Assembly: GCA_036679605.1 (NCBI GenBank)
Contig: JAZDCZ010000237.1
Span: 1-47,210, forward strand
Source: Gemmatimonadota bacterium
Lineage (GTDB): Bacteria > Gemmatimonadota > Gemmatimonadetes > Gemmatimonadales > GWC2-71-9
Length of the DNA stretch: 47,210 nt
Direction: 5' to 3'
The position numbers and the translations under genes are program-made. The notes under the pieces are model-generated. The model was not told where the DNA came from, did no database searches, and saw only the letters and a program-made list of their open reading frames with translations. Positions 1 through 8,958 of the stretch are shown here, piece by piece (the first letter of the stretch is position 1; the number at the start of each line of letters is the position of its first letter).

Positions 1-573
1 CCGTGCTTCTTCCTCTTCCGCCTTGCGGTTCGCCTCCGCCTCCGCCCGTCGCTGCTCCTCTTGTTTGGCTTTGCGCTCGGCTTCCGCCTCTACCTCCGCC
101 TGTCGCCGTGCTTCCTCTTCTTCCGTCTTGCGGTTCGCCTCGACCTCCGCCTGACGCTGGCGGTCCTGCTCCACTCGTGGAGGCGGACCCAGGATCGACG
201 CCAGGTCGTTCACCAAGCCCAGAAAGCTGGGAGCAGTCTCCTCGCCCGCCCACCCGACGAGGTTCGCAGCTTGGAAACGACGGAACCCTCTCGGTGGTCT
301 AACGTCGTCGATGAAAACGGGGGCGAGGATACTGCGATCCCGGCCCTCTGCTGCTTCCTCGAGCACCCAGTTCTTTTGTATGGAGATTGCTGACCACAAC
401 ACGATCACACATCTGGCTTTGGTGATCTCCTGATCGATCACCTGCTCAAACGTCTTGCCGGTCGGGATGCTCCGATCCCACCACACTTTCCACCCTTGCG
501 CCTGGAGCGCGTGCGCTAGCGGTTCGGCTTGGCGCAAATCTTCGCTCGCGTAGCTGATGAAAATGTCGCTCAT
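1..573 (-). CDS. TIR-domain protein (TIR_2 type) followed by a charged coiled-coil; runs off the window edge
   Basis: Not in the ORF track because it has no stop in the window. Manual translation from ATG 573: MSDIFISYASED...GWKVWWDRSIPTGKTF...CVIVLWS...NWVLEEA, then EAEANRKAEEE-type repeats. Confidence 0.9.
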   Translation of the reverse strand, partial: MSDIFISYASEDLRQAEPLAHALQAQGWKVWWDRSIPTGKTFEQVIDQEITKARCVIVLWSAISIQKNWVLEEAAEGRDRSILAPVFIDDVRPPRGFRRFQAANLVGWAGEETAPSFLGLVNDLASILGPPPRVEQDRQRQAEVEANRKTEEEEARRQAEVEAEAERKAKQEEQRRAEAEANRKAEEEEAR

Positions 574-875
574 CAAAAACCGGGTATTCTCTGCGCGAAG
601 TTACGGTGCACTGCGCCCGTTGACGATAGAAGTCTCACGTACCTAGTTGGCAGGAGACCAAAACGGGGGGGAGACCGGGGGACTTGCAGCATCACGACTT
701 CATGTTGAGTAACACCTCAAGGAGCTTGAACCAACCGCCTATCCGGTCGTTGGCTCCATCGGCCTGGTCGTCGGGCGGGCGTCCTGTCGGACGTCAGTCT
801 GGCGGCTGGCCGGGAGAGCCACCGATTGTAACAACGGTCACAGAATAGGTCGCAGGCCCAGGCCCCGCAAGAGTC

Positions 876-1087
876 CACGGTGCTCCTGTAGACATCTATA
901 CCCTCCTCGCGAACTCGGCCACGGAAGCCCCGCAATGGTGCAGCGTGCCTATGCGCATTTGGGAGAGGTGAGGCACCGCTCGAAGACGGTAGAACATTGT
1001 ATCGAGCAACACAAGGAACGCCTCAAGAAGCGGATTTCGGACCTCGGTTTGTCACCGCTATTGTCACCGCGCTCCGGTAATGCTTGA
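876..1087 (+). pseudogene. C-terminal remnant of a tyrosine recombinase/integrase
   Basis: Reads HGAPVDIYTL, a frameshift, then RELGHGSPAMVQRAYAHLGEVRHRSKTVE...*. This matches the LGH...Y box II of tyrosine recombinases and ends about 55 bp from the tRNA-Val 3' end. Confidence 0.7.
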
Positions 1088-1094
1088 CACCACA

Positions 1095-1128
1095 AGGCCC
1101 TGCAACCGTCTAAACGATTGCAGGGCCT
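1095..1128 (-). terminator. Hairpin downstream of tRNA-Val
   Basis: AGGCCCTGCAA...TTGCAGGGCCT inverted repeat; the U-tract is weak. Confidence 0.5.
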
Positions 1129-1141
1129 ATCCATAGGAGCA

Positions 1142-1215
1142 TGGGCGGTACTGGGCTCGAACCAGTGACCTCCGGTATGTGAAACCGGCACTCTAACCAA
1201 CTGAGCTAACCGCCC
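1142..1215 (-). tRNA. tRNA-Val(CAC)
   Basis: GGGCGGTTAGCTCAGTTGGTTAGAGTG CCGGT-TTCACAT-ACCGG AGGTCACTGGTTCGAGCCCAGTACCGCCCA folds as a cloverleaf; CCA is not encoded. Confidence 0.95.
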
Positions 1216-1304
1216 CAGTAAGCTGTCAAACTAACGTTGCCCAGCTCCTGCGGGAAGCAAGCACGGCGATCATGGCGCGCCCTTCCCGCGCACGTTCGCC
1301 AAGA

Positions 1305-1703
1305 TCAGGTGGCTTTGCGCTTGGCCGTAAACGGCCGGTCTCCACCTCTGCCACCGGACACTGTGCCCTTCATCTCGTCGCCCTCGATCGTGGCGCTAAA
1401 GCTCTGGCTGAACGACCGCTCGCCGAAAGTGCGTTCGAGATCGAACGTCAGTTTTCCGTCCACGAACGATACGTTCTTTAGCGGCGTGTCACCTCGCTGG
1501 GAACTGACCGTCCCCTTCAGCATGTCGCCGTCCAGCGTGAAGACAAATTGCTGGGTGCGAGAGCCGCGGGGCGTTTCCGTCGTCATTTCCCACTCGCCGA
1601 GTACTGCCTTCAAACTGGATGCGGCACTGCTGTCCTGCGCCACGAGAGCGGCTGGGGTCGCGAGCACGGCCGCCAGAAAGATTGCTAGTGTAGACCTAGA
1701 CAT
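1305..1703 (-). CDS. Exported hypothetical protein, beta-rich
   Basis: Signal peptide (…PAALVA-QD), then GEWEMTTETPRG and alternating beta-strand patterns. Confidence 0.75.
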   Translation of the reverse strand: MSRSTLAIFLAAVLATPAALVAQDSSAASSLKAVLGEWEMTTETPRGSRTQQFVFTLDGDMLKGTVSSQRGDTPLKNVSFVDGKLTFDLERTFGERSFSQSFSATIEGDEMKGTVSGGRGGDRPFTAKRKAT

Positions 1704-1868
1704 TGGTGTACCTCTGAGGAAGTTGTCTGTTGTATTACCAAGCCACTGCGGCGAGGGTTCACTTAATCGCTAATACGCAGGAACGACAAAGTTTGTTAAC
1801 GTCGTGACCGCGACCGGACCTTGCACACGACCCTTAGGCACCCCTTGCATCAGCCCTCCCTGATATAT

Positions 1869-1885
1869 ACTTTGTATTACAAAGT
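1869..1885. promoter_or_regulatory. Palindromic operator upstream of the DUF4153 gene
   Basis: Perfect 8-1-8 palindrome ACTTTGTA-T-TACAAAGT, followed by a degenerate copy (CTTTATAATACAAG) just before ATG 1903. Confidence 0.65.
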
Positions 1886-1902
1886 TCTTTATAATACAAG
1901 AT

Positions 1903-3354
1903 ATGACACGACAGCAATCTACCCGGCTCTTGATAGGCATCCTGTTCCTGGCTGTTCTGGGTGATGCCTTGCTGCGGGTCGGCCCCTGGTCGCTCAACTT
2001 CGCTCTTTGGGTTGTTGCACTTGGGTCCACCGCATGGGTCGCCGTTCCGGTGGCTGGACCCAACGTCAAAGCCGGAATGGGCCGGTGGCTCACGGTGGCC
2101 GCAGCCTTCGCGGCGCTGTCGATTATCCGCGACTCCGAGTTCCTCCTCGTATGGAACATCATAGCCGTCTTAACCGCCTTGATCGTCGCCGCACTCTGGG
2201 CGTCGGGTATCGATCTCCTTGCTTGTAGACTTGGGCACTTCGCGACGGGTGCTATCCACACAGTGCGTAACGTGGCCGGCGGCGCAATACCGCTCTTCGT
2301 CCGTGAGCTGCGGTGGCCCGAGTTGAGCAGCGGTCGCACCCGCGGGCGATTGGTTGCACCTGCCTTGGGCGTTGCACTCGCTGCTCCCGTGCTTCTCGTG
2401 TTCGGCGGCCTGTTCGCCTCGGCAGACCCGGTCTTCGAGCGTCTCACCAGCAAACTCTTCGCGTGGGACTACGAGACCATTGCGTCACACCTGCTCCTCG
2501 CTGCATTCCTCGGGTGGCTGTCCGCAGGGTACTTCCGTGGCCTGACCCAACCGATTCCCCGTGAGAACCCGCTCGATACAGTTTCCGGTCGGGCCCAGTT
2601 CGCCACTGTCGGCATTCCTCTCGCCGCGGTCACGACCCTATTCACGGTATTCGTGAGCATACAGGCGACCTACCTGTTCGGAGGGGAAGACTGGGTGCAG
2701 CGGGCAAGCGGATTCGGATACGCACACTACGCCAGACGCGGATTCTTCGAACTGGTAGCTGCATCCGCACTCGTCGTGCCGATGCTCCTGGGCGGTCGGT
2801 GGCTGTTGAACGATGACGATGCCACCGGACTCCGCCGGTTTCGCGCGCTCACAGTCGCATTACTCGTCCTGGTCGCCTTTGTAGCAGCCTCGGCGATGTG
2901 GCGCATGCTGCTCTACACTTCGGCTTATGGCCTGACCGAAGATCGGTTCTATGCGACCGCGTTCATGCTCTGGATGGGCGGCGTGCTGGCGTGGTTTGCT
3001 TACACGATCGTACGCAATCGGATCGAGGGGTTCGCCTTCGGTGTGTTGCTCGGCGGGCTGGCACTCCTCGGCGCGTTGACGGCGATGAATCCGGACGGGA
3101 TCATCGCTCGCGTCAATCTCGCCCGAGCGGAAGCCGGTCACGAGGTCGACGTAGACTACTTGCGAACCCTCAGCGCCGATGCGATCCCGGCGATCGCTGC
3201 GCGGTGGGACGATTTGAACGCATCCCAACGAGCCGTGCTGCAATCCTCGCTCATCGAACGCCAGTCACAGCGCAGCCGGACATCTGACTGGAGAACTTGG
3301 AACCTGTCGCGCCGACGCGCGGCCGAGGCACTGCAGAAGATCCAACTCCCATAG
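1903..3354 (+). CDS. DUF4153/DUF4173-family polytopic membrane protein
   Basis: Many TM helices plus the motifs FASADPVF, YAHYARRGFFELV, YGLTEDRFY, NPDGIIARVN, DVDYLRTLSADA and DWRTWNLSR. Confidence 0.85.
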   Translation: MTRQQSTRLLIGILFLAVLGDALLRVGPWSLNFALWVVALGSTAWVAVPVAGPNVKAGMGRWLTVAAAFAALSIIRDSEFLLVWNIIAVLTALIVAALWASGIDLLACRLGHFATGAIHTVRNVAGGAIPLFVRELRWPELSSGRTRGRLVAPALGVALAAPVLLVFGGLFASADPVFERLTSKLFAWDYETIASHLLLAAFLGWLSAGYFRGLTQPIPRENPLDTVSGRAQFATVGIPLAAVTTLFTVFVSIQATYLFGGEDWVQRASGFGYAHYARRGFFELVAASALVVPMLLGGRWLLNDDDATGLRRFRALTVALLVLVAFVAASAMWRMLLYTSAYGLTEDRFYATAFMLWMGGVLAWFAYTIVRNRIEGFAFGVLLGGLALLGALTAMNPDGIIARVNLARAEAGHEVDVDYLRTLSADAIPAIAARWDDLNASQRAVLQSSLIERQSQRSRTSDWRTWNLSRRRAAEALQKIQLP

Positions 3355-3454
3355 GATTGTTTTCGCGACATGAGAGTAGCTGCTCGGCGGGCCCCGAAGT
3401 GCGTCGTTCTCGCGTGGCGAGCATTTTTCACTGCCCCTTCAACGGGACGGACGG

Positions 3455-3733
3455 TTACCCGCTTCTGTCCTCTTGCGACGCACGTCCGGAGGTGAGCATA
3501 CGCTCTGCGAAGTCGAGGCGTTCCTGCACCTCGGCCAACTGTGCTTGCGTGTGTTCCTGCATGTCGGCCAGCTCGTCACGCAGCGCATCGACGACCGGTC
3601 CCAACTCCGCATCGCTGCCTCGCGTCTCCAGCTCTTTGTTCTTGAGCTTGAAACGCATAACCAGAAACGTTAACGCGACGATGCTAGGAAAGAGAACAAC
3701 AATGCCGACTATGGGAACTAAATCTGGCCCCAT
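3455..3733 (-). CDS. Small single-TM coiled-coil hypothetical protein
   Basis: GAGGAGG RBS; N-terminal TM helix and C-terminal ERLDFAERML coiled coil. Confidence 0.75.
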   Translation of the reverse strand: MGPDLVPIVGIVVLFPSIVALTFLVMRFKLKNKELETRGSDAELGPVVDALRDELADMQEHTQAQLAEVQERLDFAERMLTSGRASQEDRSG

Positions 3734-3867
3734 ACTTCCTCCTCGGTGGTGCGGCCCCTCCGACCAGTGTATGTCTAGAGCAACAGGAGGGCAAGAAAAA
3801 AGGGCCGTAGCGACCCCGTCTCGTCCCGTAGGTCACGCCGAAAGCCAACACGTACCTGTCACGTCCC

Positions 3868-4263
3868 TTACTTCTTCTGACCCTTGATGGGCCAATCGTG
3901 CGGTAGGTCGAGGATCGCGCTGCACGCCTCACCGTTCGTCAACGTCATTCTTAAGGTGTCGTGGTCGGGAGTCGCCTGTGCTAGTCGCGAAAAGTCCACG
4001 TCAAGAGGTTGCTCGACATATGGGTTGTGGTATAAGCGCAGGTCGAGCGGTTTGCACACCGTCCACGGGTGGAGCAACTGAGCTACGAGCACGCCGACGA
4101 TCCTTGTGTACCGGGGCTCGTCAGGACCGAACCACACACCGTCACGTTTGCGGTACGGCTCCGGCTTGCCGACGATCTCACCGAGGCTTGTGTGGCTGAT
4201 TCGGACGCCTTGCTTGCCCAATAGGGCGTCCATGATGTCATCGCGCTCCGTGTCCCAGCTCAT
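3868..4263 (-). pseudogene. Probable 5'-truncated hypothetical gene fragment
   Basis: Protein-like C-terminal sequence (DIMDALLG…DGVWFGP…LYHNPY) with no convincing RBS or N-terminus. Confidence 0.4.
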
Positions 4264-4558
4264 GGCGCTCCTGATCCGCCGGGTAGCGCCTGTCCTGTAT
4301 GCTAACGCCGGCTGTCTCATCACCCCGCCACTGGGTATCTATCTTACCGAGTGTTCTGGTGGAGCGTACATTTTCGCTACGCGACTGGGATAGGATACGA
4401 ACTTGTTATAGAAATCACCGAATACTAATTTTACGGCACTTGATAGCGTGTCGCCACATGCGCTTAGACTCTGAGCCTATGATGATTGTTCGGATATAGA
4501 TAATCGGCACCCCACGTGCGTGGACGACCTGAACTTTACGAAGAAAGAGGAGGAGGAA

Positions 4559-4804
4559 ATGAAGAGGATTACCTTCTATCACTCTGTTATCTGACCACGG
4601 TGTCATGTGGCAGGTCTGTCACTAAAACAACTACTTCCCGATTTTCCTGAGGTTGAAATCAACAAGGTGGAGTATCTGGCCAACCTTGGGCATTCGCACA
4701 AGGAAGGCATCCACCAAATTCCGACATTGGCCTTCGAAGACAAGAAACTAAGCGGTATGTTCTTGACCAAGAAAAAGATACGACGTTTTCTTGAAGCTCT
4801 GTAA
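4559..4804 (+). CDS. Thioredoxin/glutaredoxin-fold selenoprotein, UxxC motif (UPRC), 81 aa
   Basis: AGGAGGAGG RBS, then ATG 4559: MKRITFYHSVI-TGA(4592-4594)-PRC, in frame with the track ORF 4607-4804. A later IHQIPTL fits the cis-Pro loop, and a SECIS-like hairpin follows the TGA. Confidence 0.85.
4607..4622 (+). promoter_or_regulatory. Bacterial SECIS element
   Basis: GTGGCAGGTCTGTCAC hairpin starting 12 nt after the TGA. Its GCAGGTCTG apex sits at codons +6 to +8, as in the E. coli fdhF SECIS. Confidence 0.8.
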
Positions 4805-4815
4805 GGGAGTGAATA

Positions 4816-6114
4816 ATGCACATCGGAAAACAAATTGTATCTATCTCGGCCGGGTTGCTTGCATTGGCTGCAATGAGCCATCCAGCTCTCGCTCAGACTG
4901 TGTTTCCAACAGGTACTACGATCTACAATCCCGCTGAGGCCTACGGTAGCTATATCCTGATATCAGACCACAATGCGGTTGGCAATCATCCAAGTGCAAG
5001 GGTCAGGGCAGAGGGCGAAGACGTAAGTCCCGACGAAGTTCGCCTCATCGACATGAATGGTAATGTGGTACATAGGTGGCAGGTGGTTCCCTATTTCAAC
5101 AAGCGCAGCAGGCTGCTCCCCAGTGGAAACCTGGTCTACGTTGGCCCCAACAAGACGATCTATGAATACGATTGGGATGGCAATGTGGTATGGACCCATG
5201 AAGGTATAGGCTCCGTCAACGATATGCGCATCTTGCCCAACAACAACAGACTGCTGATTGCCCACGAACCGATACCGGAAGAATTTCAACGACAGGTGAG
5301 AGATGTTGAGATAGCACCTTGGTGGGAACCTAGATACAGGGGCAGTAAAGAAACACAATTGGGTGCCGATCTGTATGAAGTGAACCTGGGAGGAGAAGTT
5401 GTCTGGGAATGGCACGCGCATAACCATCTCGATCTGAACCTGTTCTCACCGGCCACTCCAGAAGGCGATTGGCTGCATGTCAACTCGGTTGCCCCTCTGC
5501 CCGAGAATAAATGGTACGATGCTGGTGACGAGCGGTTCAGGCCAGGCAACATTTTGCTCAACGCGAGAAACATCAACACTGTGTACCTCATTGACAAAGA
5601 GACCAAGGAGATTGTCTGGGAAGGTACGCATAACTATAAGGGTGGCATGGCCCATAGCCACGAGGTAGAAATGATTGAGAAGGGACTTCCCGGGGCCGGC
5701 AACATCATTTTGTTCGACAACGGTCTATTCACCAGGCATAGAGCCCATACCGGTCAGACCTTCATCGTAGAGCTGGATCCGACAACTCTGGAGATAGTTT
5801 GGATATATGAAACGGAAGGTTATGCAAACATAAAGTTCTTTAGTAAGACCATGGGAACCCAGAAGCGGCTTCCTAATGGCAATACATATATTGCTGAAGA
5901 CAACACAGGCAGACTCTTTCAGGTGAACTCTGATGGCGAGATAGTATGGGAATATGTCAACAGAGGAGGCACTACTCGGCCATCAATGATTCCGTACGAT
6001 TTCACCCCACAACTAAGAGCGCTGCCCAGACCGGAAGAGCTTGCAGTGACGCCGCCAAACAATCTGGAGTGGCACCTCACGCCCGATATCCACCGAGAGA
6101 GGGGCGGGCCTTGA
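4816..6114 (+). CDS. Secreted arylsulfotransferase (ASST)-family beta-propeller
   Basis: Signal peptide (…PALA-Q) and the motifs PTGTTIYNP, LIDMNGNVVHRW, DWLHVNSV, ILLNARN, IILFDNG and QKRLPNGNT. Confidence 0.8.
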   Translation: MHIGKQIVSISAGLLALAAMSHPALAQTVFPTGTTIYNPAEAYGSYILISDHNAVGNHPSARVRAEGEDVSPDEVRLIDMNGNVVHRWQVVPYFNKRSRLLPSGNLVYVGPNKTIYEYDWDGNVVWTHEGIGSVNDMRILPNNNRLLIAHEPIPEEFQRQVRDVEIAPWWEPRYRGSKETQLGADLYEVNLGGEVVWEWHAHNHLDLNLFSPATPEGDWLHVNSVAPLPENKWYDAGDERFRPGNILLNARNINTVYLIDKETKEIVWEGTHNYKGGMAHSHEVEMIEKGLPGAGNIILFDNGLFTRHRAHTGQTFIVELDPTTLEIVWIYETEGYANIKFFSKTMGTQKRLPNGNTYIAEDNTGRLFQVNSDGEIVWEYVNRGGTTRPSMIPYDFTPQLRALPRPEELAVTPPNNLEWHLTPDIHRERGGP

Positions 6115-6281
6115 GTGTCCGAGCGGCATTCGGAGGTTTCTCCGTTCTGGCATAGGTGCATAGGTTCGTGCCTGTCTCGTTAGCAAGAAATACCACACTC
6201 ACATTTTCTGGCTATCGGGCGGTGAAGGACCTCGGCAACGTATGCACGGTTCCTGCTAGCCATCTGAGACAGCAGGCCGCC

Positions 6282-6316
6282 TCTTCGAGGACTTGAAGGG
6301 GAAGGTGGGGAACTAA
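6282..6316 (+). repeat. 35-bp direct repeat, copy 1
   Basis: TCTTCGAGGACTTGAAGGGGAAGGTGGGGAACTAA, 33/35 identical to 12674-12708. Confidence 0.85.
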
Positions 6317-6819
6317 CCGCTCGGCATCACCAGTTGAGGTTACACGGCCTCGGTACTGCGGCATCTACCCGCACGCACGCTCCACGTACTGGCCGCTAGG
6401 CTTTGCGCCGGCACGTAGTCCTAATCGAAGTGCCCCGGATGCGCCATCAGCTGAATGACGAACGGCGGGCTACTGTCCTCCATATCCACCGGCGGGTGCG
6501 TTCCGAGACCGTACCTACCTAGTAGGTCAATAGCACGAATACGATCGGCCGCACATTGATACCTCACGCGCCCCATCGAGCAGACCCTGGTTTTGTCTTT
6601 CGATCTCCGGTGGGATGTAGTCGAGCGACGGCGACGCGAAGGAGTCGAGCATGTTGAAGCTGGCCATGATGGTCTTTCCGGTTGAAGATTCGATCGATAT
6701 TATACCGGCCGGGTCTCAACGGAGATCAACACGACACGCCTGAGTCGAAATCTGTGACAACCGGTGTGACGATGAGGTGCAAGTCGTTAGATACCTCCAC
6801 CTCCTATTGACTGAAACTT

Positions 6820-8460
6820 ATGAACGGCCTTTCAACCGTCTTCGCTTACCACGAACGAACCAAGCATCACTTCCACCAGTATGCTCGTTCGCTGGGATAC
6901 ATGGACTGGGCCAATCAGCCTCATCCATTTCGGTATTACCACGGCGCGTCCGAGGCGCAGTTGGACTTAGGCCGTGAGCCGGCTGCGCTTCCGTATGACC
7001 GGATCTATGAGGCGAACGCCTTGCCACCGTCACCGGTTCATCTCGGGACGGTGGCCGACTTCTTTCGATACAGTCTCGCACTAACGGCCTGGAAACACGC
7101 CGGCACGAGCCGCTGGTCATTGCGGGTCAATCCATCAAGCGGGAACTTGCACCCGACCGAAGCATATGTGTTGCTTGAATCCGCGGGGAGTGAGGATGAC
7201 AGTCCGGCGCTTTACCATTATGTGTCGGAACGCCACTCGTTGGAGCTCCGCGCGTCATTCTCCCAGCATATTTGGGATTCGATCATGCGGGACCTGCCTG
7301 CAGGATCGTTTCTGGTGGGACTCGGTTCTGTTTCCTGGCGAGAAGCGTGGAAATACGGCGAGCGGGCGTTTCGCTATTGTCAGCACGACATCGGGCACGC
7401 CCTGGCGGCGCTTAACTTTGCTGCTGTTTTGTGTGGTTGGCGCCTCAGGCTGGTCTCGAGCTGGTCGACGGATGACGTGGCTACTCTGTTGGGTCTGAAT
7501 CGTCACGCAGAGTTTCTGGAAGAGGAGTCGGAGGAACCGGAGTTGCTTACCGTAGTGACTCCCACCACCTCCGATGGGAAAGTCGCCGTCAGGCTTCCTG
7601 TTGCGGCCGAGAAGACGATCGAGACGATTCGCATGGACCAGTGGTATGGTCAACCCAATCGTCTGAGTCGCGAGCATGTTCCCTGGCCGGTCATCGACGA
7701 AGTAGCGGCGGCGACGCGAATGCCTCGAAATATCGCTACGGACGCAGCACCGCGTGAATCGGTGTGTGACCCGCAGTGGTCCCACCAGTTACCGAACGTC
7801 GATGCCCGACAGATCGTTCTGCAACGGCGTAGCTGCCTGGCACTGGATGGGCGAAGCACAGTCTCTCGCGAGCTGTTTCTGCGGATGCTTGCGCACACCC
7901 TGCCGGGGCCCTACCCGCCCTGGGATGCCCTGTATTGGCCCACGACCATTCACCTGGCCTTGTTTGTTCACCGGGTCGACGGTGTGGCGCCCGGGCTCTA
8001 TCTCTTGGTCCGAGATCCGGCGAAGGGTCATCTGCTCAAGAAAGCGATGCGCGAGACCTTTCTCTGGGAAACACCTGCGGGAGTGCCGATCGGTTTTCCT
8101 CTCTACCGGTTAATCCAGGGGGATTTCCGCGACACCTCGCGAGCCTTGAGTTGCCATCAGGACATTGCCGCGGATGGTTTTTTCAGCCTGGGCATGATAG
8201 CCGAGTTTGCCGAGCCGATTCAGAAAAACGGTGCCTGGTTCTACCGAAACCTCTTTTGGGAGGCAGGCATGGTCGGGCAGGTCTTGTATCTGGAAGCCGA
8301 AGCAGCCGGTGTCCGCGCCACGGGGATAGGATGCTATTTCGACGATCCCGTTCACGAGGTCCTAGGACTCGCCGAGAACCAGTTTCAGAGCCTCTACCAC
8401 TTCACCGTGGGTGTCCCGCTTGAAGACCATCGCTTGCAGACCCGGGCACCGTACTCTTGA
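6820..8460 (+). CDS. SagB/ThcOx-family FMN nitroreductase-like oxidoreductase with two domains
   Basis: YHERTKH, LRVNPSSGNLHPTEAY, WREAWKYGERAFRYC, QRRS and GIGCYFDD motifs. Confidence 0.9.
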   Translation: MNGLSTVFAYHERTKHHFHQYARSLGYMDWANQPHPFRYYHGASEAQLDLGREPAALPYDRIYEANALPPSPVHLGTVADFFRYSLALTAWKHAGTSRWSLRVNPSSGNLHPTEAYVLLESAGSEDDSPALYHYVSERHSLELRASFSQHIWDSIMRDLPAGSFLVGLGSVSWREAWKYGERAFRYCQHDIGHALAALNFAAVLCGWRLRLVSSWSTDDVATLLGLNRHAEFLEEESEEPELLTVVTPTTSDGKVAVRLPVAAEKTIETIRMDQWYGQPNRLSREHVPWPVIDEVAAATRMPRNIATDAAPRESVCDPQWSHQLPNVDARQIVLQRRSCLALDGRSTVSRELFLRMLAHTLPGPYPPWDALYWPTTIHLALFVHRVDGVAPGLYLLVRDPAKGHLLKKAMRETFLWETPAGVPIGFPLYRLIQGDFRDTSRALSCHQDIAADGFFSLGMIAEFAEPIQKNGAWFYRNLFWEAGMVGQVLYLEAEAAGVRATGIGCYFDDPVHEVLGLAENQFQSLYHFTVGVPLEDHRLQTRAPYS

Positions 8461-8526
8461 TGCCCAAGACCACTGCAGAATCTGACCGTTGGTTCGTGAT
8501 TCTCGGGGCCTGTTATGCAAAGAGGG

Positions 8527-8766
8527 CTACGCTCGCGGTGAATCCGTGGATGGAGTTCTTTCCGCCGTCGTGTCTGGCGGCACGGAGTAATGGCATGAGG
8601 TACAGTCAACGCACGCCTGCCGGCCATCACCGTTCGCCCCCTGGAAATCCCTGTTATGACAGATTTCACATAGCCCATAAGCAACAGGACCGAAGGTGAA
8701 CTTCATCTCGCACCCCTTGGCGTTGGTGCAACCGCTTCTGCTGTGACACTGCTTGCAGAGCAACAT
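8527..8766 (-). CDS. Small Cys-rich protein with three CxxCH motifs
   Basis: AGGAGG RBS; 79 aa with 9 Cys, including CKQCH, CEICH and CTSCH; no signal peptide. Confidence 0.6.
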   Translation of the reverse strand: MLLCKQCHSRSGCTNAKGCEMKFTFGPVAYGLCEICHNRDFQGANGDGRQACVDCTSCHYSVPPDTTAERTPSTDSPRA

Positions 8767-8958
8767 CGTGTCCTCCTACGAGTCCTGCACTGAGCACCCC
8801 TCCGTCGCTCCGGTCAGGCTAGGGTAGGGTAACAAGACCACCCTCCCCACCGGCTCGCTCCGTGTTAGCGCATCGATTCCCTTCTGGAACTCATCTAGCC
8901 CTGCGCGGGCCGAACGATGCGCACTCCCACCACCCCGCTCGCGGGTCACGGCCGACCG

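Noticed and set aside
3..393. Pro-rich and Leu/Arg-rich plus-strand ORFs (3-302, 61-393)
   Set aside because: They are antisense shadows of the coiled-coil part of the TIR gene.
6820..8766. SagB/ThcOx oxidase plus Cys-rich peptide as an azole RiPP cluster
   Set aside because: There is no YcaO cyclodehydratase, transporter or protease; the genes are convergent; and stand-alone SagB-like nitroreductases are common.
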